Part shown: in pieces, positions 43,774-53,750 of the stretch | Layout of the letters: every line of letters begins with the position of its first letter | How positions within the stretch are numbered: the stretch's first letter is position 1 | Assembly (NCBI GenBank): GCA_021799495.1 | Contig: JAJZAI010000014.1 | Coordinates: 8 to 64,007, forward strand | Length of the DNA stretch: 64,000 bases | From: Deltaproteobacteria bacterium | Lineage (GTDB): Bacteria > Desulfobacterota > Binatia > Binatales > Binataceae | Reading direction: 5' to 3' | Made by a program: the position numbers and the translations under genes | The notes under the pieces: generated by a model | Databases searched by the model: none | What the model was told of the DNA's origin: nothing | What the model saw: the letters and a program-made list of their open reading frames with translations, nothing else

Positions 43774-44715
43774 GTGGCGAAGCGAAAGAAAATAGCCTTC
43801 ATCGGCGCCGGCAACGTCGGCGCGACCTGCGCCCATCTGTGCTTTCTGCGCAGCCTCGGCGACATCCTGCTCTACGACATTATCGACGGCCTGCCGCAGG
43901 GCAAGGCGCTCGATATGCTCGAATCGGCCCCCGTGCTCGGCGTTGACGTGAACGTCGGCGGCTCGACCGATATCAAGGATATCGCCGGCGCCGACTGTAT
44001 CGTCGTGACCTCCGGCTCGCCGCGCAAGCCGGGGATGAGCCGCGACGATCTGCTCAAGATCAACGCCGGCGTGATGAACACGGTCGGCAAGGCGATCAAG
44101 GAGCACGCACCCGGCGCTTTCGTGATCGTCGTGACGAATCCGCTCGACGCGATGGTCACGCAAATCAAGCGCGTCACCGGATTGCCGAAGAATCGCATCG
44201 TCGGCCAGGCCGGCGTGCTCGATTCCGCCCGCTATCGCACCTTCCTTGCGGCCGAGCTTAACGTCTCGGTCGAGAGCGTGAGCGCGATGGTGCTCGGCGG
44301 GCACGGCGACGACATGGTGCCGATCCGCAGCTACACCACGGTTGGCGGCCAGCCCGTGGACAAGCTGATCGAGGCCAGGCGGCTCGAGGAAATCGAGGTT
44401 CGCACGCGCAACGGCGGCGCCGAGATCGTCAATCTGATGAAGACCTCGTCGTATTACGCTGCTGGCAGCGCCGTCTATCGGATGGTCGAAGCGTACATGC
44501 TCGATCGCAAGGAAGTTCTGCCGGCCGCCGCTTATCTGGAAGGCGAATATGGCGTCAACGGACTGTTCGCCGGTGTGCCGGTCGTGATCGGCGGCGGCGG
44601 CGTCGAGCGGATTGTGCAGATCGATCTGACGCCGGCGGAGAAAAAGGCGTTTGATTCGTCTGTCGCGCATGTGCGCGAATTGGTTGACGCGATGGACAAG
44701 GCGATTGCCGGCTGA
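43774..44715 (+). CDS. mdh: Malate dehydrogenase (LDH-like MDH)
   Basis: 313-aa ORF with KIAFIGAGNVGAT, SGSPRKPGMSRDDLL and VLGGHGD. GTG start. Confidence 0.95.
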   Translation: MAKRKKIAFIGAGNVGATCAHLCFLRSLGDILLYDIIDGLPQGKALDMLESAPVLGVDVNVGGSTDIKDIAGADCIVVTSGSPRKPGMSRDDLLKINAGVMNTVGKAIKEHAPGAFVIVVTNPLDAMVTQIKRVTGLPKNRIVGQAGVLDSARYRTFLAAELNVSVESVSAMVLGGHGDDMVPIRSYTTVGGQPVDKLIEARRLEEIEVRTRNGGAEIVNLMKTSSYYAAGSAVYRMVEAYMLDRKEVLPAAAYLEGEYGVNGLFAGVPVVIGGGGVERIVQIDLTPAEKKAFDSSVAHVRELVDAMDKAIAG

Positions 44716-44864
44716 CATCGGAATCGGATCGTTCGATAGCGCGAACGCGCCGCGCTTGCCGTCATGTTTGCAGGCACGGAAGGTTTGCCGCCACGCTTGG
44801 CATGAGTCCGTATGGCGCTGATTTCCGGGACGCGGAGCAATCCGGGCTGGAGTTAAGGTAAAGC

Positions 44865-46040
44865 ATGAATATTCACGAATTTCAGGCCAAACAGGTGCTC
44901 GCGCGTTTCGGCGCGCCCGTTCCCAAAGGACATCCCGCATCGACGCCCGAGGAAGCCGCCAAGGCGTTCGAGGCCCTCGGCCAGCCCAAGGCCGTAATCA
45001 AGGCGCAAATCCATGCCGGCGGACGCGGCAAGGCGGGCGGCGTCAAGCTGGTGTCCAGCGCCGCCGAGGCGCGCGATTTCGCCGCGAAACTGCTCGGCAA
45101 GCCGCTGGTTACGCATCAGACCGGTCCGCAGGGCAGGGTGGTCCGGCGCGTTTACGTCGAGCAGGCGAGCGAAGTGGCGCGCGAGCTGTATCTTGGGATG
45201 GTCGTCGATCGCAAGGCCCGCAGCGTCGCCGTGATCGCCAGCACCGAGGGCGGCATGGAAATCGAGGAGGTCGCCGCCAAGACGCCCGATCGTATCCTGA
45301 CCGAGCCGATCGATCCGGTGATTGGCCTGGCCGGGTTTCAGGCGCGCAAAATCGCCTTCGCGCTCGGCTTGCGCGACAAGCAGGTCGGCCAGTTCGGCGC
45401 TCTGCTCGGCGCGCTTTACAAGGCGTTTTTAGAAACCGACGCTTCGCTGATCGAAATCAACCCGCTGGTCGTGACCAAGGACGGCTCCGTCATCTGTCTT
45501 GACGCCAAGATGTCGTTCGACGACAACGGCTTGTTCCGTCATGCCGACATCCGGGAGCTGCGCGATCCCAACGAGGAAGATCCGGCCGAAACCGAAGCGT
45601 CCAAATACGACCTCAGCTACGTTCATCTGGACGGCAATATCGGATGCATGGTCAACGGCGCGGGCCTCGCGATGGCGACGATGGATATCGTCAAGTACTA
45701 TGGCGCCGAGCCGGCCAACTTCCTCGACGTCGGCGGCGGCGCCAATTCGCAAAAGGTCGCCGCGGCCTTTCGTATTCTGCTCTCCGACGATCGCGTCAAA
45801 GCCGTTCTGATCAACATCTTCGGCGGCATCATGCTGTGCGACGTGCTGGCGCAGGGCGTCGTTGACGCCGCCCGCGAAGTCAAGCTGAGCGTGCCGCTGG
45901 TGGTGCGGATGGAAGGCACGAACGTCGATAAGGGCAAGCAAATTCTCAAGGATTCGGGCATCAAGGTGATCGCCGCCAGCGACATGGCCGACGCCGCCCG
46001 GCGCGTGGTCGAAGCGATCGGCCATCGCGCCCAGGCCTGA
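44865..46040 (+). CDS. sucC: Succinate-CoA ligase (ADP-forming) beta subunit
   Basis: 391-aa ORF with [16 protein letters not shown], an ATP-grasp domain, and [18 protein letters not shown]. Confidence 0.96.
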   Translation: MNIHEFQAKQVLARFGAPVPKGHPASTPEEAAKAFEALGQPKAVIKAQIHAGGRGKAGGVKLVSSAAEARDFAAKLLGKPLVTHQTGPQGRVVRRVYVEQASEVARELYLGMVVDRKARSVAVIASTEGGMEIEEVAAKTPDRILTEPIDPVIGLAGFQARKIAFALGLRDKQVGQFGALLGALYKAFLETDASLIEINPLVVTKDGSVICLDAKMSFDDNGLFRHADIRELRDPNEEDPAETEASKYDLSYVHLDGNIGCMVNGAGLAMATMDIVKYYGAEPANFLDVGGGANSQKVAAAFRILLSDDRVKAVLINIFGGIMLCDVLAQGVVDAAREVKLSVPLVVRMEGTNVDKGKQILKDSGIKVIAASDMADAARRVVEAIGHRAQA

Positions 46041-46055
46041 AAGAGCGATATTGCG

Positions 46056-46937
46056 ATGAGCATTCTGGTCAACAAGAACACTCGCGTTCTGACTCAGGGA
46101 ATCACCGGCGCGACCGGTCAGATTCATACCCGTGCGTGCAAAGAATACGGCACCCAGATGGTCGGCGGCGTGGTCCCCGGCAAGGGCGGCACGGACTTCG
46201 AGGGCATCCCGATTTTCGACACGGTCGAGCAGGCGCGCAAGGCGACCGGCGCCAACGCGACGGTTATCTATGTGCCGCCGCCGTTCGCCGCCGATGCGAT
46301 CCTTGAGGCGGTCGCGGCCGGCATCGAGTTGGTCATCTGTATCACCGAGGGCGTGCCGGTGCTCGACATGGTCAAGGTCAGCCGCTACATGAACGGCTCG
46401 AAAAGCCGGCTGATCGGACCGAATTGCCCCGGCGTAATCACGCCCGGCGAATGCAAAATCGGCATCATGCCCGGCTATATCCACAAACCCGGCGATATCG
46501 GCGTGGTTTCGCGCTCGGGCACGCTCACCTACGAAGCCGTCTATCAGCTCACCCAGCTCGGCATCGGCCAATCGACTTGCGTCGGAATCGGCGGCGATCC
46601 GATCGTCGGCAGCGGCCATATCGATGTCCTCAAGCTCTTCAATGAAGATCCGGGCACTCGCGCCGTGATTATGATCGGCGAAATCGGCGGCACGGCCGAA
46701 GAAGAGTCCGCGCAATATATCAAGGAAAACTTCAAGAAGCCGGTGGTCGCGTTTATCGCCGGCCAGACCGCGCCGAAAGGACGCCGGATGGGCCACGCGG
46801 GCGCGATTATTTCAGGCGGACGCGGAACCGCCGCCGACAAAATCGCCGCGCTCAAGGCGGCGGGTATCACGGTCGCGATGAGTCCGGCGGAACTGGGCGT
46901 TACGATGAAGTCGCTGCTCGACGGCAAGGCCGCCTGA
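46056..46937 (+). CDS. sucD: Succinate-CoA ligase alpha subunit
   Basis: 293-aa ORF with [17 protein letters not shown] and the phosphohistidine loop MGHAGAII. Confidence 0.96.
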   Translation: MSILVNKNTRVLTQGITGATGQIHTRACKEYGTQMVGGVVPGKGGTDFEGIPIFDTVEQARKATGANATVIYVPPPFAADAILEAVAAGIELVICITEGVPVLDMVKVSRYMNGSKSRLIGPNCPGVITPGECKIGIMPGYIHKPGDIGVVSRSGTLTYEAVYQLTQLGIGQSTCVGIGGDPIVGSGHIDVLKLFNEDPGTRAVIMIGEIGGTAEEESAQYIKENFKKPVVAFIAGQTAPKGRRMGHAGAIISGGRGTAADKIAALKAAGITVAMSPAELGVTMKSLLDGKAA

Positions 46938-46979
46938 AGCGCCAACCCGTAAATTAAAGTAATACATTAGATTTATCGA

Positions 46980-47396
46980 ATGGAACGAACTTTCGCGATT
47001 ATCAAGCCTGACGCTGTCGCCCGCCGTTTGATCGGCGATATCGTCAAACGGATCGAAGCGAGCGGCCTCAAAATTGTCGGGATGCGGCTGGTGCGACTTT
47101 CGCGCGCCGAGGCCGAGACTTTCTACGACGTTCACAAGGAGCGTCCCTTCTACAGTTCGCTCTGCGACTACATGACCTCGGGTCCGGTGGTTGTGATGGC
47201 GCTCGAAGGCGACGGCGCGATCAAGCGCTGGCGCGACCTGATGGGCGCGACCGATCCGGCCAAGGCCGAGCCGGGCACGATTCGGCGCGATTTCGGCCAG
47301 AACGTCGAGCAGAACGCCACGCATGGCTCCGACGCGCCCGAAACCGCCGCCCGCGAACTGGCGTTTTTCTTCCGCACCTCGGAGTTGGCCGCCTGA
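46980..47396 (+). CDS. ndk: Nucleoside-diphosphate kinase
   Basis: 138-aa ORF with [13 protein letters not shown] and the active-site NATHGSD. Confidence 0.96.
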   Translation: MERTFAIIKPDAVARRLIGDIVKRIEASGLKIVGMRLVRLSRAEAETFYDVHKERPFYSSLCDYMTSGPVVVMALEGDGAIKRWRDLMGATDPAKAEPGTIRRDFGQNVEQNATHGSDAPETAARELAFFFRTSELAA

Positions 47397-47445
47397 CCGC
47401 CGTCGCGACCGGCGAGGTTTACGCCGGAGCGTGTGTGGAGGATCA

Positions 47446-48474
47446 ATGGCTACGAAAGAACGACGCGTAAACCGAAATAGCGCCGACGACGCGCGCGCCG
47501 TTATTGAGACAATTTTACCCAACGAGTCCGAACGGCGGGCGGTCCTGAGCCTGCTAGCCGACCTGATAGAACGTGCGAACCGCGCTTCGGTCAAGGCGTG
47601 GAATCTGACGCTTTTCTCGAACGGGATTAGGCTTAACGTTGGTCAAATTGAGGTGTTCACGCTTTTCGATTTTCGCCCCGTTACAGCGAACTTCCGGATC
47701 GATGACGGCTTGCTGAGCGCGGTCGGGCGCGAAGAGTTTAGGCTTGTGGGCGCTGAGATTCGCGGCCCCAATATCTATAAGACAGCTCCGCAAGTTCTAA
47801 TCGCTGAGGTGCCGCTCGTCGGTGTACAACGAGTGTCGGGAATCCTTTTGTCACCAGCGTTTAAAGTCGTGGATGCCGCCGCCGCGCGCCGCCCTGGGCG
47901 TCTGTTTTGGTGGCGGTCGCATTCGCCGGGCGCAATCAGGTACCTCGGCGAATTTCTCGGACGCGACCTGCCCCAGCCGTCCTACGACGTCCCGCTGGAG
48001 CCTGCGGCATCGGTCCAGATCGAGGAGGTTCCGATTCTCGATGAGATTCCGATCGAGGATCAGAACGTCGCTTCCGCGGCCGTCGCTGGTGCCACGGAGC
48101 CGCACGACGCGGAATTCAGGGAGCGCGCGCTGGTAATCCGTTACGCGAATTATCTCCGTGAGCGGGGCATCAGAGCCGTTCGATATCGAATCGAATTAGC
48201 CGGTGGTGCGGGCGATCTGTTCTGCGATCTCTGGGACGCGCGCCGGCGCAATCTGATCGAAGCCAAGGGCGAGATCACGCGCGACTCAATCCGGATGGCG
48301 ATCGGCCAGCTTGCCGATTACGGGCGCTTTCTCGAACCAGACCGCTCCGCCGTGCTGCTGCCGGAGCGGCCGTCGCGCGATCTCGAAGACCTGCTCACCC
48401 ACGTCGAAATCGGGATGGTGTGGGAAACTTCGGACGGCAGGTTCGAGGATAATTCCGGCGGCCGATTTACCTGA
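47446..48474 (+). CDS. Orphan protein with unknown N-terminal domain and C-terminal PD-(D/E)xK (RecB/Cas4-like D...ExK...QxxxY) nuclease-like motifs; lower-GC islet
   Basis: Internal ATG 47446 of ORF 47323..48474, preceded by GGAGG (47436-47440). The C-terminus reads ...YANYLRERGIRAVRYRIELAGGAGDLFCDLWDARRRNLIEAKGEITRDSIRMAIGQLADYGRFL. Hand count of 47461-47700 gives 134/240 G+C. Confidence 0.6.
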   Translation: MATKERRVNRNSADDARAVIETILPNESERRAVLSLLADLIERANRASVKAWNLTLFSNGIRLNVGQIEVFTLFDFRPVTANFRIDDGLLSAVGREEFRLVGAEIRGPNIYKTAPQVLIAEVPLVGVQRVSGILLSPAFKVVDAAAARRPGRLFWWRSHSPGAIRYLGEFLGRDLPQPSYDVPLEPAASVQIEEVPILDEIPIEDQNVASAAVAGATEPHDAEFRERALVIRYANYLRERGIRAVRYRIELAGGAGDLFCDLWDARRRNLIEAKGEITRDSIRMAIGQLADYGRFLEPDRSAVLLPERPSRDLEDLLTHVEIGMVWETSDGRFEDNSGGRFT

Positions 48475-48500
48475 AGCCGCGCGATTGAAATTCCTCTAAA

Positions 48501-49625
48501 ATGATCGCGGTGAATCCCGCCACGAAGCATCGGGGAAACGCGCCCGCGCCGCATCCGCACGCTGCGGCGCGTCCGGATATTCGCGACCTCGCGCTGGACG
48601 AGCTGGAAGCGGCGCTCAGCGAATCCGGCGAACCCTCGTATCGCGCGCGCCAAATCATGGCGTGGCTGTGGAAACGCGGCGCGGATTCGTTCGCCGCGAT
48701 GCACGACCTGCCGGTCGCGCTGCGCGACGCGCTCGCAGAGCGTTTCGCGCTCGGCGCGCCGAATCCGGCCTTCGTGGCGCGCGCGGGCGACGGCACGCGG
48801 AAATTGCTGCTCGCGCTTGCCGATGGCGAGCGGATCGAAAGCGTCATCATCCCCGCCGGCGATCGCGTCACGCTCTGCGTTTCGAGCCAGGCGGGATGCG
48901 CGATGGGATGCGAATTTTGCGCGACCGCGCGGATGGGGCTGCGGCGCAACCTATCGGCAGGCGAAATCCTTGGCCAGATAATCGCCGCGCGCCGCTTTCT
49001 GGATCGCGAAGAAGCGCTCACCAATTACGTGTTCATGGGGATGGGCGAGCCGCTGGCGAATTATCCGCGCCTGGCGCGCGCGCTGGCGGCGATGACGGCG
49101 GAGTGGGGGATGGGAATTTCGCCGCGGCGCATCACCGTTTCGACCGTCGGGCTGATTCCCGGCATGGAGCGCCTGCTGTCCGATTTCGACGTCAATCTCG
49201 CGGTCTCGCTGCACGCCACCACCGACGAAGTGCGCGACCGGATTGCGCCGATCAACCGGCGCTTTCCGCTCGCCGCATTGATCGCGGCGTGCGCGAATCT
49301 GCCGCTCAAGCGCCGGCGGCGGATCACCTTCGAGTACGTGATGCTCGACGGCGTCAACGACTCCGCCGCCGACGCGCGGCGGCTGGCGCGGATGCTGGCG
49401 GCGTTGCGCGCGAAGGTCAATCTGATCATCTTCAATCCGTTCGCGGGCGCGCCGTTTCAGCCCTCGCCGCGCGCGCGGGTGGAGGGCTTTCAAGCGATCC
49501 TCCATCAGGGTAACTTGACCGCAACCATCCGCGAGAGCCGCGGACGCGATATCGCCGCCGCCTGCGGTCAGCTTTACGCGGAGCAGCGGGCGGATGAGGC
49601 GGACGGGCGACGCGCAAAGCTTTGA
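48501..49625 (+). CDS. rlmN: 23S rRNA (adenine2503-C2)/tRNA methyltransferase, radical SAM
   Basis: 374-aa ORF with YRARQIMAWLW, the radical-SAM cluster motif CAMGCEFCAT, and a C-terminal catalytic Cys region (DIAAACGQL). Confidence 0.95.
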   Translation: MIAVNPATKHRGNAPAPHPHAAARPDIRDLALDELEAALSESGEPSYRARQIMAWLWKRGADSFAAMHDLPVALRDALAERFALGAPNPAFVARAGDGTRKLLLALADGERIESVIIPAGDRVTLCVSSQAGCAMGCEFCATARMGLRRNLSAGEILGQIIAARRFLDREEALTNYVFMGMGEPLANYPRLARALAAMTAEWGMGISPRRITVSTVGLIPGMERLLSDFDVNLAVSLHATTDEVRDRIAPINRRFPLAALIAACANLPLKRRRRITFEYVMLDGVNDSAADARRLARMLAALRAKVNLIIFNPFAGAPFQPSPRARVEGFQAILHQGNLTATIRESRGRDIAAACGQLYAEQRADEADGRRAKL

Positions 49626-49635
49626 AAGTTCAGGC

Positions 49636-50502
49636 ATGGCGAAGACGGTACTGGGCATAATCGGCGGCAGCGGCTTTTATCAGATCGAAGGTCTCGAGCG
49701 CGTCGAGCGAATCGAACTGGATACTCCCTTCGGCGCGCCGTCGGACACCTACTATCGCGGCGAAGCCGGCGGAGTGGAGATTATCTTTCTTTCGCGCCAC
49801 GGCGCCGGCCATCGGATACTGCCCTCTGAACTGAACTACCGCGCGAATGTCTGGGGGATGAAAAAGCTCGGCGCTGAGCATCTGGTGTCGGTCAGCAGCG
49901 CCGGCAGCATGAAGGAGAATATCGCGCCGGGCGACTTGGTCGCGCCCGATCAATTCATCGATCACACCTACGCCCGCCGGCCGACGTTTTTCGGCGACGG
50001 CATCGTCGGCCACGTTTCGCTGGCCGATCCGGTATGCGCCGATCTGCGGCGCGATCTGGCGAATGCCGCCGAAACGGCCGGCGCGAAAGTCCACGACGGC
50101 GGCGTTTATTTCTGCATCGAGGGGCCGCAGTTCTCGACCCGCGCCGAGTCGAATCTCTACCGGAGCTGGGGCGTTGACGTGATCAGCATGACCGCGATGC
50201 AAGAGGCGCGGCTCGCCCGCGAGGCCGAGCTGTGTTACGCGGTGCTCGCGCTGGTCACCGATTTCGACTGTTGGCATCAGAGCGTCGCCGCGGTCGATAT
50301 CGGCGAGATCCTGCGCGTGATGCGCCTCAACGTCGCGCTCGCGCAGCGCGCCGTGCTCAATCTGGCGGCGGCGCTGGGGCGGCGGGAGCGGCGATGCGCC
50401 TGCGGCAGCGCGCTCAAGGACGCGATTATCACCGACCGCGCCGCGATTCCCGCGGCGGCCGCGGCGCGGCTCGAACCGATCGCGGGAAAATATCTCAAAT
50501 AG
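49636..50502 (+). CDS. mtnP: S-methyl-5'-thioadenosine phosphorylase
   Basis: Internal ATG 49636 of ORF 49594..50502. It has LGIIGGSGFY, FLSRHGAGHRILPSELNYRANVW and ISMT, the PNP/MTAP family pattern. Confidence 0.9.
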   Translation: MAKTVLGIIGGSGFYQIEGLERVERIELDTPFGAPSDTYYRGEAGGVEIIFLSRHGAGHRILPSELNYRANVWGMKKLGAEHLVSVSSAGSMKENIAPGDLVAPDQFIDHTYARRPTFFGDGIVGHVSLADPVCADLRRDLANAAETAGAKVHDGGVYFCIEGPQFSTRAESNLYRSWGVDVISMTAMQEARLAREAELCYAVLALVTDFDCWHQSVAAVDIGEILRVMRLNVALAQRAVLNLAAALGRRERRCACGSALKDAIITDRAAIPAAAAARLEPIAGKYLK

Positions 50503-50564
50503 CGGGACGGCGCGCGGACCGCATCGCATATCGAATCCAATTCAACGGCGACTGACTAATTGAA

Positions 50565-51488
50565 ATGAGCATTTTGGCGGTAGGCACTATCGGATACGAC
50601 ACGGTCGAGACGCGCAACGGCTCGGTCGAGGCAGCGCTTGGCGGATCGGTCAGCTACTTCGCGCTGGCGGCACGCTACTTCGCGCCGGTCAGCGTGGTCG
50701 CGGCGGTCGGCACGGATTTCCGCGAAGGCGACCGCAAGCTGTTCGCCGAGCGCGCGATCGACGTGCGCGGAATGGTCACGCGGGACGGCCCGACCTTCCG
50801 CTGGCACGGCCGCTATCACGAAGACATGAACGTGCGCGACACGATCAGCCTCGCGCTGAACGTGTTCGCGGATTTCTCGCCCGATCTGCTGCCCGACCAG
50901 CGCCGTTCGGATTTCGTTTTTCTCGCGAATATCTCGCCTGATCTGCAACAGCACGTGCTCGGCCAGGTGGCGAGTCCGAAGGTGGTCGCGGCCGACACGA
51001 TGAATCACTGGATCGCGAACGACCGCGCCGCGCTGCTCCGCCTGCTGCCGCGCATCGATATCCTGACGCTCAACGACGAAGAGGCGCGGATGCTGAGCGG
51101 CGAGCATAATCTGGTCAAGGCCGGCCGCGCGATCCTCAAGATGGGTCCGGACACGGTGCTGGTGAAGCGCGGCGAGTACGGCGTGCTCCAGTTCAGCCGC
51201 GAGGGCCTGTTTGCGACGCCGGCCTACCCGCTCGAAGAGGTGATCGATCCTACCGGCGCGGGCGACACGTTCGCCGGCGCCTTCATGGGCTATATCGCGC
51301 GCAAGGGCGGCGTCAGCGAATCGGCGCTGCGCACCGGCGTGGTTTACGGATGCGTGCTCGGCTCGTTCGTGGTCGAGGAGTTCTCGGTCAACCGGCTGGC
51401 GATGCTGACCTGGGACGATATCGAGCGGCGCTACCGCGGCTATCTCGAGCTCACGGATTCGCATCATTCCCGATGGACCTCTCAATAG
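50565..51488 (+). CDS. PfkB-family sugar/nucleoside kinase
   Basis: 307-aa ORF with GGSVSYFA near the N-terminus and the DPTGAGDTFAGAF ATP/anion-hole motif. Confidence 0.88.
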   Translation: MSILAVGTIGYDTVETRNGSVEAALGGSVSYFALAARYFAPVSVVAAVGTDFREGDRKLFAERAIDVRGMVTRDGPTFRWHGRYHEDMNVRDTISLALNVFADFSPDLLPDQRRSDFVFLANISPDLQQHVLGQVASPKVVAADTMNHWIANDRAALLRLLPRIDILTLNDEEARMLSGEHNLVKAGRAILKMGPDTVLVKRGEYGVLQFSREGLFATPAYPLEEVIDPTGAGDTFAGAFMGYIARKGGVSESALRTGVVYGCVLGSFVVEEFSVNRLAMLTWDDIERRYRGYLELTDSHHSRWTSQ

Positions 51489-52411
51489 TTGTTCCGCTTT
51501 ACAATGAGCGGGACAATCTCGCGCCCCTGCACGAGGAATTGAATCGCGCGCTGGGCGCGCTCGGGCGCGAGTACGAATTGATTTTCGTCGACGACGGCAG
51601 CGACGACGGCGGCGACAAGGTCTTGCGCGAAATCAGGGCGGCCGATGCGCGCGTGCGCGTGATCCGGCTGGCGCGCAACTCCGGCCAGACGGCGGCGCTC
51701 GCCTGCGGCTTTCAGCATGCGCGCGGCGCGGTGGTGATCGCGATCGACGCGGACGGCGAAAACGATCCCGCCGACATCCCGCGCCTGCTCGCGCGGTTGG
51801 ACGAGGGTTACGATTTGATCAGCGGCTGGCGCACCGAGCGCTGGCGCGGCGCGGCGCTCACGCGCAGGCTGCCCTCGATCGCCGCCAACGCGCTGATTTC
51901 GCGCATCACCGGCGTAGCGCTGCACGACTACGGATGCACGCTCAAGGCCTATCGGGGGGATTTGGCGCGCCGCCTGATGCTCTACGGCGAGATGCATCGC
52001 TTCGTGCCCGCGATCGCGGCGGAGCAGGGCGCCAGAATCGCCGAGCTTCCGGTGAATTTCCGGCCGCGCCGCAGCGGCCGGTCGAAATATGGTCCGGGCC
52101 GGATCATCCGCACCGTGCTGGATCTGCTCACGGTGCGGTTTCTTTCGGGATATTCGACCCGTCCGATTCAGGTCTTCGGCGCGATCGGCGTGCTGCTGGG
52201 CGCGCTGGGCGCATTATGGACGGGAGTGCTGGTATTCGAAAAAATCGTCCTCGGCGCTTCGCTGGGCAACCGGCCGGCGCTGTTGCTGGCGGTGCTGCTG
52301 GTGGTGGTGGGCGTGCAGTTCGTGAGCCTCGGCCTGATCGGCGAGATGATCGCGCGCACCTATCACGAATCGCAGGGCAAACCGATATACGTGATCAAGG
52401 AGGAGTTCTGA
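51473..52411 (+). CDS. GT2-family polyprenyl-phosphate glycosyltransferase (ArnC/DPM1-like)
   Basis: Internal ATG 51473 of ORF 51350..52411, overlapping the kinase gene by 16 nt. It has IVVPLYNE, FVDDGSDD, the DADGEND DxD region, and two C-terminal TM helices. Confidence 0.9.
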   Translation: MDLSIVVPLYNERDNLAPLHEELNRALGALGREYELIFVDDGSDDGGDKVLREIRAADARVRVIRLARNSGQTAALACGFQHARGAVVIAIDADGENDPADIPRLLARLDEGYDLISGWRTERWRGAALTRRLPSIAANALISRITGVALHDYGCTLKAYRGDLARRLMLYGEMHRFVPAIAAEQGARIAELPVNFRPRRSGRSKYGPGRIIRTVLDLLTVRFLSGYSTRPIQVFGAIGVLLGALGALWTGVLVFEKIVLGASLGNRPALLLAVLLVVVGVQFVSLGLIGEMIARTYHESQGKPIYVIKEEF

Positions 52412-52418
52412 ACCCGCG

Positions 52419-53726
52419 ATGAATATTGCCGTCGTCGGAACCGGCTACGTCGGCCTGGTAAGCGGCACCTGCTTCGCCGAGAGCGGCAACGAGGTGATCT
52501 GCGTCGATATCGATCGGGAGCGGATCGAAGCGCTCAAGAACGGCCGCGTTCCAATTTACGAGCCCGGGCTCGAAGAACTGGTGCGGCGGAACCTCAAAGA
52601 ACGGCGCCTCGGCTTCACCACCGAACTTGACGCCGCGGTAGGACAATCGATGGTCTCGTTTATCGCCGTGGGCACGCCGATGAGCGCGGACGGCGCGGCC
52701 GATCTGTCGGGAGTGCTGGCGGCGGCCACGGGCGTCGCGCGGGCGGCGAGCGGCTATCATATTATCGCGATTAAAAGCACCGTGCCGGTCGGAACCAACG
52801 ATCGCGTGCGCGAGCTAATCGCGCAATCGGCGCGTCATCGGATCGACGTCTGCTCGGCGCCGGAATTCCTCAAGGAAGGCTCGGCGATCGAAGACTTCAT
52901 GCGGCCCGACCGCGTCGTGATCGGCAGCACGTCCGAGCAGGCGACGGCGATTCTGCGCGAAATTCATTCGCCCTTCCTGCGCACCGACAATCCCGTCCTG
53001 GTGATGGATCCGCGCTCGGCGGAACTGACCAAATACGCGTCGAACGCGATGCTGGCGATGCGGATTTCGTTCATCAACCAGATGGCGAACCTGTGCGAGG
53101 CGGTGGGCGCGGAGATCAACGACGTGCGGCGCGGCATGGGCACCGACAAGCGGATCGGTTCGCAGTTCCTGTTTCCGGGCGTGGGCTACGGCGGCTCGTG
53201 TTTTCCCAAAGACGTGCAGGCGCTGATTCACAGCGCGGCGGCGAGAAATATCGATTTCACGATCCTGCGCGCCACCGACGAGGTCAACGCGCGGCAGAAG
53301 CGGTTGCTGGTCGATCGCGTGCGCGAGCATTTCGGCGGCGAGGTGAAAGGCCGCACGTTCGCGATCTGGGGGCTTGCGTTCAAGCCGCGCACCGACGATA
53401 TGCGCGAAGCGCCGTCGCTGGTGGTGATCGACGAGCTGCTGCGGATGGGCGCGAAAATCAGCGCCCACGATCCCGAGGCGCTCGCCTCGGCGCGAAATAT
53501 CTTCGGCGAGCGGGTCGCGCTGCACGAGACCAACTACGACGCGCTGGCGGGCGCCGACGCGCTGATCATCCTCACCGAGTGGAACGAGTTTCGCCATCCG
53601 AATTTCCATCGGATCAAGGCGCTGCTCAAAAATCCGGTGATTTTCGACGGGCGCAACCTGTACGATCCGGCGCTGATGAAGGCGCTGGAGTTCCGTTACT
53701 ACTCGATTGGCCGCCGGCCGGTCTGA
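52419..53726 (+). CDS. ugd: UDP-glucose 6-dehydrogenase
   Basis: 435-aa ORF with MNIAVVGTGYVGLVSG and the catalytic-Cys region GYGGSCFPKD. Confidence 0.95.
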   Translation: MNIAVVGTGYVGLVSGTCFAESGNEVICVDIDRERIEALKNGRVPIYEPGLEELVRRNLKERRLGFTTELDAAVGQSMVSFIAVGTPMSADGAADLSGVLAAATGVARAASGYHIIAIKSTVPVGTNDRVRELIAQSARHRIDVCSAPEFLKEGSAIEDFMRPDRVVIGSTSEQATAILREIHSPFLRTDNPVLVMDPRSAELTKYASNAMLAMRISFINQMANLCEAVGAEINDVRRGMGTDKRIGSQFLFPGVGYGGSCFPKDVQALIHSAAARNIDFTILRATDEVNARQKRLLVDRVREHFGGEVKGRTFAIWGLAFKPRTDDMREAPSLVVIDELLRMGAKISAHDPEALASARNIFGERVALHETNYDALAGADALIILTEWNEFRHPNFHRIKALLKNPVIFDGRNLYDPALMKALEFRYYSIGRRPV

Positions 53727-53750
53727 TAGGGCGCGGCGGAGGATTTCGCG

